64,000 nt of DNA from assembly GCA_965221125.1 (NCBI GenBank), contig CBDCRW010000005.1, forward strand, positions 672,001 to 736,000. Reading direction: 5' to 3'. Every line of letters starts with the position of its first letter. Position 1 is the first letter of the stretch. A model generated the notes under the pieces. That model did no database searches and was not told the DNA's origin. It worked only from the letters and a program-made list of their open reading frames with translations. The position numbers and the translations under genes are program-made. This document shows, one piece after another, positions 17,546 to 26,135 of the stretch. The DNA is from Alphaproteobacteria bacterium. GTDB taxonomy: Bacteria > Pseudomonadota > Alphaproteobacteria > UBA828.

Positions 17546-18280
17546 ATGATCGAAAGGCAAGCGGACCGAGGCCCATGCGAATCCGGCACTCACCGGACCT
17601 GGCTGGCAATCCCGCCGGTGGTGTTCGCCGGGTCGATCATCGCGATTCTGACAGCGGCCGGCATCGGTGCGCGCTACGGCGTTCGTGGCGATTTCGACGT
17701 CATTCATGCACTCCTGATGCTCTTCTTTTCGATCAACCTGTTGATATGCCACTGGGAGGTGTGCCTCTTCTTCAGGCGGGATTATGTCGAGAAGCGTGCC
17801 GAATACTGGCGTGAGCGCCGAGACGAAACAGGCCGGACATCGGCCGTCGAATTCCTCACCGGAAGGGTTCCGTTGACGCGAATATTGTCGTCGACGGTAT
17901 GGGCCGACGTCTGGGCTACCTATTCCCAGTTCGACGGTTCCTACGCCGACCGGCGCACGTACGGCTACAACGTGGATATCGCCAACGGCTTCGTAACGCC
18001 GGTGCCGACGCTGATCCTCTTCGCCGCCTTCACCGTCGATTTCCTGCCCGCCCTCGTCGCCGGCATCGTCGGGGCGATGCTGTTCTGGCAGCTGACCTAC
18101 GCGACCTCGGTCTATTGGGTCAGCTTTTTCGTGGCCAAGCGGCAAAGACGCATCGGCCGCAAGGATATGTACATCTACATCTGGGGACTGAATTGCCCGT
18201 GGGTGCTGTTCGCCCTGCTGGGCCTCTACGTCTCCATTCGCCTGATTCTTGACGGCAACTACAGCGTTCTCGGCCATTGA
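17546..18280 (+). CDS. EBP/EXPERA-like membrane protein, candidate sterol Delta8-Delta7 isomerase
   Basis: About 5 TM segments. VWATYSQFDGSY resembles EBP LWKEYAKGDSRY and YIWGLNCPWVLF resembles FVFMNALWLVLP. RBS GAGGAG; divergent from smt. Confidence 0.6.
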   Translation: MIERQADRGPCESGTHRTWLAIPPVVFAGSIIAILTAAGIGARYGVRGDFDVIHALLMLFFSINLLICHWEVCLFFRRDYVEKRAEYWRERRDETGRTSAVEFLTGRVPLTRILSSTVWADVWATYSQFDGSYADRRTYGYNVDIANGFVTPVPTLILFAAFTVDFLPALVAGIVGAMLFWQLTYATSVYWVSFFVAKRQRRIGRKDMYIYIWGLNCPWVLFALLGLYVSIRLILDGNYSVLGH

Positions 18281-18430
18281 TCGCGGCTTCCCCCGGAACA
18301 ACGCCGATCGAGGGTAATCCTTCGGTCATAGAGTGATGGCATGTTGGGCGTTGACATCAACGACCGCGCCTGGAGACGCGCTCGGTAGGAATTGCTGGTA
18401 ACGAATTTCGCCATGCGCTAGCGTGAGTGC

Positions 18431-20716
18431 ATGGCGATTCGCGACGCGTCTGCCGCGGCACACCTCTCGCTGGTCGAGGGGTCTGACGGTCCATGGTCTT
18501 TTCCTCCTGATAATCCGTCCTCCGAAGAGCCGGACTGGCGATCCCTGTCCGAGCGGGCGCACGCCCGTGCGGAGAGCGAGGGGGCGCGGGCAGACGCGGC
18601 TGAAGCGCGCATCCAGGAACTGCTCGGCGATATCCGTCGGCTCCGCGCTTCTTTGCGCAAAACGGGAGCAGCCGGAAGTACGGGGGAGCCGCTGCCGAGG
18701 GGTGCCCGTGGAGCGCACAAAGCGCCGCGAAGATTGCGACGGAACGACACCATCGGCTCGCTGCATGTGGAGAACGCCGAACTGCGCGAGGAGGCCACAA
18801 CGCTGCGCAAGGCGGCGGGTGCGGCACAGACGTCGCTCTCCAGGAAAGACGCCCGGCTGCTCAAGGCCCGGGAACGTTCGCAGGCCCAAAGGAGCACGAT
18901 CGAGGAGCTGCGCCGGCAGGTCCGTTCCCTGGAAAGGCAGGTCGCCCGGCAGAGCCGCGACCTGGAGGAGGCGGAAAGCCGCAGGCAGACTATCCGTGAT
19001 CTCTCCCGCGAGAACGCGGAACTCCGTGGAGCACTCAGGGATTGGCGCGACCAGGAGGCCACCATCGAATGGTTCGACGGCCGCGTCAGCGAGCTGGAAT
19101 GTGCCCTGGACGAGGCCGCAGACGAGAGGCGGTGGATGGAGGCCGATCTTGCCGATCGCCCTCTGTTGCCCGTGGCCTTCGAACGACTGCGCACCCAGGA
19201 GAAGACGATCCAATCGCTCACCGAGAAGATCCAGTCCCTCTCCGAGAAAAACGAGCGGTTGCGGGCCCGGATCACGGACCTGGAGGCGACGGTTGCCAGG
19301 CACCGTGCGAGCAGGGCCGTGCTGTCCAAGGCACTGTTCGGCAGCAAGAGCGAGCAGCAGGAGAAGCCCAGCACGGGGCGCAAGCGCGGCCAGCAGCGCG
19401 GCGCTCCCGGCCACGGCCGTACCCCGCGGCCCGGGCTCGAGGAGCGCACCGACAAGCGCAACCCGCCCAAGGACGCGCGCGCGTGCTCCTGTTGCGGCAA
19501 GCCCTATGTCGCCAACGGCGAGCACGTCTCGACCATCATCGAGATCGAGGTCAAGGCCCACAAACGCAGGATCGTCCGCCCCCGCTGGCGCCGGGGTTGC
19601 GACTGCCCGTCCTCGCCCCTGGAAGTGACGGCGCCCCCGCCGCTGCGCCTGTTCCCCAGGACACCCTACGGAACCAGCGTGTGGGCGAGCTTCCTCTACG
19701 AGCGCTACGCCTCTCTGCGGCCCCTCAGCCAGGTCTCCGCGTGGCTGTCCGGCCTCGGTCTGCCGATCGCTGCCGGCACCCTCGCCGGCAGCGTGGAGCG
19801 CTTCATTCCTGTGTTCGAGCCCGTGGCGGACGCGATCCTCGCGCACCAGAACCAACAGGCGGTCCGTCACGGCGACGAGACCGGCTGGCGTATCCAGTCG
19901 CTGCGCGAGATCGGCCGCTCCAACCGCGCGTGGCTGTGGAACTCGGTCAGCGAGGATGCGGTCTACTTCCACTGCGACCCCTCGCGCTCGGCCGAGGCCG
20001 CGAAGACGTTGTTCGGCGATACCGCCGTCGTCGTGTTCGTGGTCTGCGACCGCCTCTCCAGCTACAAGAAGATGGCGCGCGACCTCGACGGCAAGGTGAT
20101 CCTCTGCTTCTGCTGGGTCCATCAACGGCGGGACTTCATCCAATGCGCGGCCAGCCACAATCGGCTGACGGACTGGTGCCAGAGTTGGATCGAGCGCATC
20201 GCCTCGATCTACAGCCTGAACAAGGCGCGGCTGCGGCATTACGACCCCGCTCTGGAGCGCCAGACGCCACAGTTCGACGCCGCACAGAGAGAGTTGGAGA
20301 AGGCCGTCGACAAGCTGTTCGCGGACGCAAAAGCGGAACTGGCCGGCCTGCCGGCCGGCTCGCGCGAGGCCAAGCCGCTGCGCTCGCTGCTCAACCACCG
20401 CGAGGGGTTGTGCGTCTTCGTCGACAACCCGCAGGTGCCCATGGACAATAACGCTGCCGAGCGGGCGTTCAGGAAAGCGGTCATAGGACGACGCCTCAGC
20501 TTCGGATCCGACAGCGAGGACGGCGCGAAGTTCACGGCAATCATGTACTCCGTCGTCGGCACCCTCGCCATGAACGGCATCGATGTCCGGCGCTGGCTGG
20601 AGGCATGGCTGAAGACCTGCGCGAAGAATGGCGGCAAACCGCCGGACGACTTGTCGCCCTGGCTGCCGTGGTCGATGAGCGAGAAGCGAAGGCGCAAGTT
20701 CACGGCGCCGGGATGA
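18431..20716 (+). CDS. IS66-family TnpC-like transposase with long N-terminal coiled coil
   Basis: ALFGSKSEQ, GAPGHGR, CSCCG zinc finger, HGDETGW, VCDRLSSY, CWVHQRRDF, DNNAAERAFR. Confidence 0.9.
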   Translation: MAIRDASAAAHLSLVEGSDGPWSFPPDNPSSEEPDWRSLSERAHARAESEGARADAAEARIQELLGDIRRLRASLRKTGAAGSTGEPLPRGARGAHKAPRRLRRNDTIGSLHVENAELREEATTLRKAAGAAQTSLSRKDARLLKARERSQAQRSTIEELRRQVRSLERQVARQSRDLEEAESRRQTIRDLSRENAELRGALRDWRDQEATIEWFDGRVSELECALDEAADERRWMEADLADRPLLPVAFERLRTQEKTIQSLTEKIQSLSEKNERLRARITDLEATVARHRASRAVLSKALFGSKSEQQEKPSTGRKRGQQRGAPGHGRTPRPGLEERTDKRNPPKDARACSCCGKPYVANGEHVSTIIEIEVKAHKRRIVRPRWRRGCDCPSSPLEVTAPPPLRLFPRTPYGTSVWASFLYERYASLRPLSQVSAWLSGLGLPIAAGTLAGSVERFIPVFEPVADAILAHQNQQAVRHGDETGWRIQSLREIGRSNRAWLWNSVSEDAVYFHCDPSRSAEAAKTLFGDTAVVVFVVCDRLSSYKKMARDLDGKVILCFCWVHQRRDFIQCAASHNRLTDWCQSWIERIASIYSLNKARLRHYDPALERQTPQFDAAQRELEKAVDKLFADAKAELAGLPAGSREAKPLRSLLNHREGLCVFVDNPQVPMDNNAAERAFRKAVIGRRLSFGSDSEDGAKFTAIMYSVVGTLAMNGIDVRRWLEAWLKTCAKNGGKPPDDLSPWLPWSMSEKRRRKFTAPG

Positions 20717-21594
20717 CCGGCGCCATCGAGTGCCGCTACTACGGGCGCGACTTCACTTCGGAAGAGATGGCGCTGCTGCGCGCGCTCATCGCCGCCGACC
20801 CGCCCCTCAACCGCCATGCCCTGTCCAAGGAGTTCTGCCGGCGCATCGGCTGGGTCAAGCCTGACGGCGGGCTCAAGGACATGATGGCCAGGGTCACCAT
20901 GCTGGCCATGCACAAGGACGGTCTGATCACCCTGCCGCCGCCGAGATGGAAACCGGGTCCGCCAAAGCCCATCGTCTTCGGGCCTGACACCGAGCCGCCG
21001 CTCTTCCCCGCCCCCACTACCCTCGATGACGTTCGCCCGCTCGAGATGCGCACCGTCGTGCGCAACACCCGGGAGGGCAAGCTCTGGAACGAGTTCGTCG
21101 CCCGCTACCACTACCTCGGCTTCAAGACCCTGGTCGGTGCCCAGATGCGCTACGCCGTCCACGGCCGCGACGGCTGGCCGCTCGCCATGCTCGGCTTCTC
21201 CACCGCCGCCTGGAAGCTCGCGCCGCGCGACAGCTTCATCGGGTGGACGCCCGAGAAGCGCGAGAAAAACCTGCCGCTGGTGGTCGACAACCCGCGTTTC
21301 CTCATCCTGCCCTGGATCAAGATCCCAAACCTCGGCTCGCACATCCTCGCCATCGTCCGCCGCCGCCTGCCCGAGGATTGGATCGAGCGCTACAACACCA
21401 CGCCCGTGCTCGTCGAGACCTTCGTCCAGAGGCCGCCCTACACCGGCGCCGTCTACAGGGCCTCGGGATGGATCCATGTCGGAACCACACAGGGGCGCGG
21501 CCGCTATGACAGATACTCCCAAAGGGCCCTGCCGCAGAAAGACATCTGGCTCCGGCCCCTCCGAAAAGACTGGAAACGAGCACTCAACCGATGA
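20713..21594 (+). CDS. DUF4338 (DruA-like) domain protein
   Basis: LWNEFVARYHYLG, GAQMRY, RDSFIGW, NPRFLILPW, LVETFV, YTGAVYRASGW...TQGRGR. ATGA overlap with the transposase stop. Confidence 0.8.
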   Translation: MTGAIECRYYGRDFTSEEMALLRALIAADPPLNRHALSKEFCRRIGWVKPDGGLKDMMARVTMLAMHKDGLITLPPPRWKPGPPKPIVFGPDTEPPLFPAPTTLDDVRPLEMRTVVRNTREGKLWNEFVARYHYLGFKTLVGAQMRYAVHGRDGWPLAMLGFSTAAWKLAPRDSFIGWTPEKREKNLPLVVDNPRFLILPWIKIPNLGSHILAIVRRRLPEDWIERYNTTPVLVETFVQRPPYTGAVYRASGWIHVGTTQGRGRYDRYSQRALPQKDIWLRPLRKDWKRALNR

Positions 21595-21808
21595 CATCTC
21601 GGTCCTCATCACGCACCATCACCCGGTGACCGAAGGGATTCGATCGAGGCGACCGGCCTCGTCATGCCTTCAGCTCGTTCAGCCGCTCGAACGGCCATGG
21701 CGCAAGCCCTGACCTTGGCGAGAAATGCGGTCTAACACCCTGTATTACAATCCTTATTCAGGAGGACCCTGCAACGCTGTGCCACAGTCCGATCGCTTGT
21801 GGTCACGG

Positions 21809-23011
21809 TTAACTGCTGCCCACCATGGCGATCGCGTAGATTTCGTGCAGGTAGCCTTCGAGGTAGAGGCCGGTGCAGCCGATCGGCGTCCAGGCGGGGC
21901 CGCGGCCGGGCCGGAACAGCTCCTGGCCCACGCCCATCACGGTCTCCCAGGCTCGCGGGTCCTTGTGGAAGGAGACGATCTCGACGATGTCGTCGAGGCT
22001 AGCGCCGTGCTTTTCCAGCACGCCCCGGATCTGGCTGAAGCAGTAGTGCGCCTGGGAGGCGACGTCGCCGCGCGCGATGATGTTCTGCTGCCCGTCCGAA
22101 GCGACCTGGCCGGAGATGCCGATGAGCCGCCCGCTCTGCTTGCGGCTTGCGCCGGAGATGCGCTGGTCGTGCCAGTGGATGCTCGGCAGGTTGTGCGCGA
22201 CGCGGGGGCCGGCGCTGAAGTCCGCGATGGCGCGGTAGCAGCCGACCTGGCCCATGCGGTGGAGGCCGGTCATGCCGATCGCGGTGTACGACGTGGCCTC
22301 GCCGATGGGGAGCCCTTCGACCGTCTCGTTGCACCAGGTATCGACCGCGGCGTCCATCCCGCGGGCGTCGTGATTGAAGCAGATCATGTCGACGATGTCG
22401 TCGAGCGAGCCGCCCGCCGCCCGCATCACGTCCTTGAGCCGGTCGTAGCAGAAGCGCGCCTGCGCCATGTGGTCGGCGGGCGCGACCACCGAGCCTCCGT
22501 CGTCAGCGGCGACGATGCCGCTGGTGAAGAGGTAGTCGCCCTTGCGGCAGGCGGCCGAGACCGGCAGCCCCTCCATCCAGCCGAAGCCGGCGGGCGTCAC
22601 CCCCTGTTTCTCGCCGGCGCCCGCGTGGGCGACCACGCGGACCACGACCTCGAGGCCCGGATCGTGGCCGCCCACCATGCCGAGCGCGGTCCAGGCCGGA
22701 TAGGGCGCGGAGAACGCCTCGCGCCCGGCGGCGAAGGCGGCATCCATGGTGCGGGGGTCCTTGTGGAAGGTCATCACGTCGAGCACGTCGTCCATGCCCG
22801 CACCCGCCGCCTCCAGCACGCTGCGCACGCGGGCGAAGGCGTTCCGCGCCTGCGCCGCCGCATCGCCCGCGTCGATCACCCGGCCGTCGTCGGAGACGCT
22901 CGCCTGGCCTGAGAGGAACACGAGATCGCCCGCCCTGACCGCCGCCGAGGCCGGGCGGCCGCTCATCCAGGCTTCGCTCGCGGGCGTGAGGTGAGTGCGA
23001 TCGTCGGCCAT
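21809..23011 (-). CDS. Protein of three tandem Rid (YjgF/UK114) domains
   Basis: Three repeats of SG(Q/I)...QA...F/Y...L...G..(M/L)DD(V/I), with PAWT/TSYT/PAWT motifs. ATG at 23011 follows GGAGGA. Confidence 0.85.
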   Translation of the reverse strand: MADDRTHLTPASEAWMSGRPASAAVRAGDLVFLSGQASVSDDGRVIDAGDAAAQARNAFARVRSVLEAAGAGMDDVLDVMTFHKDPRTMDAAFAAGREAFSAPYPAWTALGMVGGHDPGLEVVVRVVAHAGAGEKQGVTPAGFGWMEGLPVSAACRKGDYLFTSGIVAADDGGSVVAPADHMAQARFCYDRLKDVMRAAGGSLDDIVDMICFNHDARGMDAAVDTWCNETVEGLPIGEATSYTAIGMTGLHRMGQVGCYRAIADFSAGPRVAHNLPSIHWHDQRISGASRKQSGRLIGISGQVASDGQQNIIARGDVASQAHYCFSQIRGVLEKHGASLDDIVEIVSFHKDPRAWETVMGVGQELFRPGRGPAWTPIGCTGLYLEGYLHEIYAIAMVGSS

Positions 23012-23033
23012 CCTTGGGTCCTCCTCTGGGCGG

Positions 23034-24755
23034 CTACGGGCGCCGGACCACCGGCAGGTCGATGAACGACGGGCGGGCGCCGTCGTGGAACACGGTCTGA
23101 TGCGCGGGCTCAAGGTCGAAGGCGTGCTCGCTGCCGATCGGCCCGCCGGTATTCGGGTTGCGGTCGAAGGCCGGGAAGTTGCTGCTCGAGACCTCGACCC
23201 GGACGCGGTGGCCCGCGCGGAAGAGGTGGCAGATCACGCCCACGTCGATGTCGAATTCGTAGACCCGGTGGGGCTCCAGCGGCACCTCGGCCTCGCGGCT
23301 CTCGCGGAAGCGGCCGCGGATCACGCCCTCGAACAGGTTGATCGCGCGCCCGTCCGGCTCCACGTCGCAGAGCTTCACCGTGAAGTCGGTGTCGGCGGCG
23401 CTGGTCGCCGCATTCAGCCGCGCCTTGACGAAGCCCGCGGCGAAACAGGGCGCCTCCAGCGGCGCGGACGTGTAGACCAGCACGTCGTTCCGGTACTCCA
23501 CCGGCCGCTGGTCCATCGGCCCCATGGGCGCCACCTGCGGCAGGCAGCAGGAGTGGCCGCCCAGGCTCGGCACGGGATCGAAGGGGTTGTAGATGAAGAA
23601 ATCCGGCGGCTCGTCGCCGGGAGCCTCGCGGTCGAGGGCGCCGTCCCCGCTCAGCGAGTTCGCGCGGCCGCCGCTATGGAGATACCAGCGCTCGGAGCCC
23701 GCGCCGGCGAGAGGCCACGCGTCGGCATCGTGCCAGCGGTTCTCGCCGGTGACGAAGACGCGCACCGGCGGGAGCGCGTCCAGCGCGGTCCGGTCGTCCT
23801 TCAGCCAGGCATCGAACCAGGCGCGCTCGTAGACGCTGACGGCGTTCTTCGCCTCGTCGCCGAAATCGATGGCGCCCACCTGCTGCGTCCACGGAATGTG
23901 ATACCAGGGGCCGACCAACAGCCGGTGCTCGGCCTGGCCGGCAGCGCTCAGCGTCTCGTAGGCCGCGATGGTCTGGGGGATGAAGCTGTCGTACCAGCCG
24001 CTCACGTGGAAGCAGGGCACGTCGATCTGCCCTAGCCGGGGCGCGATCTCCCATTCCTCCCAATAGGCGCCCTGGGCCGGGTGGTCCACGTAGTCCTTGA
24101 GGAAGGGGAGCAGGTCCGGCGTCTCGAGGAAGGGGATATCCCGGAGCGAGAGCGCCGCCGGCCACTTGCCGCAGGCCGCCTGCGCCGCGCCGATGGCGCC
24201 GAGGACCTCCCTGTCGCCCCGCCGCTTCGCCGCGTCGCCCGCGAGAATGAGCGCCCAGTCCATCACCGCCGCGAGCCCGAAGGTGCCCCCCACGTGGCTG
24301 AAGCCCTCGTACATGCCGCCCGGATAGAAGCCGGGCACGGCGGCAGCGAGGTGCGGGGGCTTGAGCGCGGCGGCGAGCAGCTGGTTCACGCCGGGGATGG
24401 AGAAGCCGAAACTGCCCACCCGGCCGTTGCACCAGGGCTGGGTCGCGCACCACTCGATGGTGTCGTAGCCGTCCTCGGCATCGAGGCGAAGGGGGTAGAA
24501 TTCGCCCTCGGAAGCGAAGCGGCCGCGCGTGTCCTCGATCACCACGGCGTAGCCGTGGCGCGCATAGACCGCCGGGTGGTCGTAGACGTAGGTCTGCGCC
24601 ACGCGCTTGTCGTAGGGCTGGCGCTGCACCAGGGCGGGGACGGGGCCGCCCGAGGCCGGCCGGTAGACGTCGCAGGCGAGGTGCACGCCGTCCCGCATCC
24701 TCACCATGACGTCGGTCTCGACCACGATGCCGGCAGCGTCGCGCGCGTCCGTCAT
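23034..24755 (-). CDS. CocE/NonD-family serine hydrolase
   Basis: MRDGVHLACDVYRP, DTRGRFASEG, DGYDTIEW..QPWCNGRVG, nucleophile GFSIPG, GWYD, GPWYH, C-terminal SSSNFPAFDRNPNTG. Confidence 0.9.
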   Translation of the reverse strand: MTDARDAAGIVVETDVMVRMRDGVHLACDVYRPASGGPVPALVQRQPYDKRVAQTYVYDHPAVYARHGYAVVIEDTRGRFASEGEFYPLRLDAEDGYDTIEWCATQPWCNGRVGSFGFSIPGVNQLLAAALKPPHLAAAVPGFYPGGMYEGFSHVGGTFGLAAVMDWALILAGDAAKRRGDREVLGAIGAAQAACGKWPAALSLRDIPFLETPDLLPFLKDYVDHPAQGAYWEEWEIAPRLGQIDVPCFHVSGWYDSFIPQTIAAYETLSAAGQAEHRLLVGPWYHIPWTQQVGAIDFGDEAKNAVSVYERAWFDAWLKDDRTALDALPPVRVFVTGENRWHDADAWPLAGAGSERWYLHSGGRANSLSGDGALDREAPGDEPPDFFIYNPFDPVPSLGGHSCCLPQVAPMGPMDQRPVEYRNDVLVYTSAPLEAPCFAAGFVKARLNAATSAADTDFTVKLCDVEPDGRAINLFEGVIRGRFRESREAEVPLEPHRVYEFDIDVGVICHLFRAGHRVRVEVSSSNFPAFDRNPNTGGPIGSEHAFDLEPAHQTVFHDGARPSFIDLPVVRRP

Positions 24756-24894
24756 GTTCGCCCCTCCCCGGTCGGTGCCGGAGCCTAGCCCGGTCGAAGT
24801 GGGGCGGCAATTGACTCGTCCCGGCTGCGGGCGGCACACTCCGAAGATGAGGATCAACCGCTGTCGGAACACAGCGAACAAGGGAGGGAGACAG

Positions 24895-26034
24895 GTGAGG
24901 ATCAGGGCAACCAAGGGCCTCGTCCGCTGGGCGATGGCCGCCGGCGTGGCGGTAGCGCTCGCCGCCGGCGTGACGGCTGAGAAGGCCGAGGCAAAAACCG
25001 AGGACGGCAAGTTCCTCGTCTATTACAGCATGAGCTATGTCGGCAACGCCTGGCAGACGGAAGCGAGAAACACCGTCATCGCCATGGCCAAGGCGCCGCA
25101 GTATCGCGACCGCGTCGAGCTCAGGGTTCAGGCTTCGGGCCCCGACGCGCAGAAGCAGATCCAGCAGATGAACGCGATGATCGCGGCCGGCGCGGATGCC
25201 ATCGTGGCCTTCCCGATCTCGCCGACGGCGCTCAACAAGGTCATCAGGAACGCGTGCAAGAGGGGCGTGGTCGTGGCCGTGATCAACGGCGTGACCGAGC
25301 CCTGTGCCTATGTTGTGAAGATCGACGGCGTCGCACTCGGCGACTACCGCACCCAGTACGTGATCGACCAGATGGGCGGCAAGGGCAACATCGTCGCGAT
25401 CACCGGCGTGCCCGGCGTCTCCTACGGCGAGGACCACCACAAGGGCTTCAAGCAGGCCGTGGCCCGGCACCCCGAGGTCAACGTGCTGGCCGAGCTGGTT
25501 GGCATGTGGAGCCACTCCGAGGCCCGCCTCAAGATGCGCGAGCTGCTCGCCACCCACAGCTGGGCGGACATCGACGGCATCGTGGCGCAGACCGGCTGCT
25601 ACACGGTCTCGCAGATGCAGGTGGAGGACGGCTGGTGGCCGGACAACCCGATCATCCCGTGCGCGGGCGAGTCGGCCAACGGCAACCGGCTGCAGATGCT
25701 GCCTGTCGATTCCGGGATCGAGGGCGCGCTCGGCAAGAAGGGCCAGTCCATCGGCTCCGGCCTCTGGGCCGTCTCCTACACCTTCAAGACGGCGATGGAG
25801 GTTCTCGACGGCAACGAGGACGTGCCACACCTCAGGTGGTACACCGGCGTCGAGGTCACGCAGGACAACGTGAAGCTCTGCGAGAACGGCACGGCGGAGG
25901 AGTTCGCCGCGGGCTGCAACACCATCAAGCCCGGCATCGTGCCGCCCGACTATGCCATCGACTTCTGGTCGCCCCAGGTGCCGGAGCTCGGCTTCCGCGC
26001 GGCCACCGAAGGGAAGCTGGACGACGAGTCCTGA
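24895..26034 (+). CDS. Sugar-type (RbsB-like) ABC substrate-binding protein
   Basis: Signal peptide, SYVGNAWQ, QIQQMNAMIAAGADAI, GKGNIVAITGVPG. GTG start follows GGAGGGAG. Confidence 0.85.
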   Translation: MRIRATKGLVRWAMAAGVAVALAAGVTAEKAEAKTEDGKFLVYYSMSYVGNAWQTEARNTVIAMAKAPQYRDRVELRVQASGPDAQKQIQQMNAMIAAGADAIVAFPISPTALNKVIRNACKRGVVVAVINGVTEPCAYVVKIDGVALGDYRTQYVIDQMGGKGNIVAITGVPGVSYGEDHHKGFKQAVARHPEVNVLAELVGMWSHSEARLKMRELLATHSWADIDGIVAQTGCYTVSQMQVEDGWWPDNPIIPCAGESANGNRLQMLPVDSGIEGALGKKGQSIGSGLWAVSYTFKTAMEVLDGNEDVPHLRWYTGVEVTQDNVKLCENGTAEEFAAGCNTIKPGIVPPDYAIDFWSPQVPELGFRAATEGKLDDES

Positions 26035-26135
26035 GGGATCGGCGGCTCGTCCGCCATGATCCCTGACGACCGTAGCGCCGGGGCCGGCCGCGTACTTGGC
26101 ACGGCCCCGGCGCGCTTTCCTCCGCGCGGGCACGC

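Larger units (their letters stand above)
18314..21641 (+). mobile_element. IS66-like element (transposase + DUF4338 gene, no tnpA/tnpB) with 8-bp TSD GATCGAGG
   Basis: 26-bp imperfect IRs GTAATCCTTCGGTCATAGAGTGATGG and (rc) GAATCCCTTCGGTCACCGGGTGATGG. GATCGAGG at 18306-18313 and 21642-21649. Confidence 0.88.

Noticed and set aside
20713-21594. Complete Druantia defence system
   Set aside because: Only a DUF4338 gene is present, inside an IS, with no DruE helicase or other dru genes.
6427-21641. Composite transposon carrying the sterol cluster
   Set aside because: The flanking elements belong to different families (IS256 and IS66-like) and each has its own perfect TSD, so they inserted independently.
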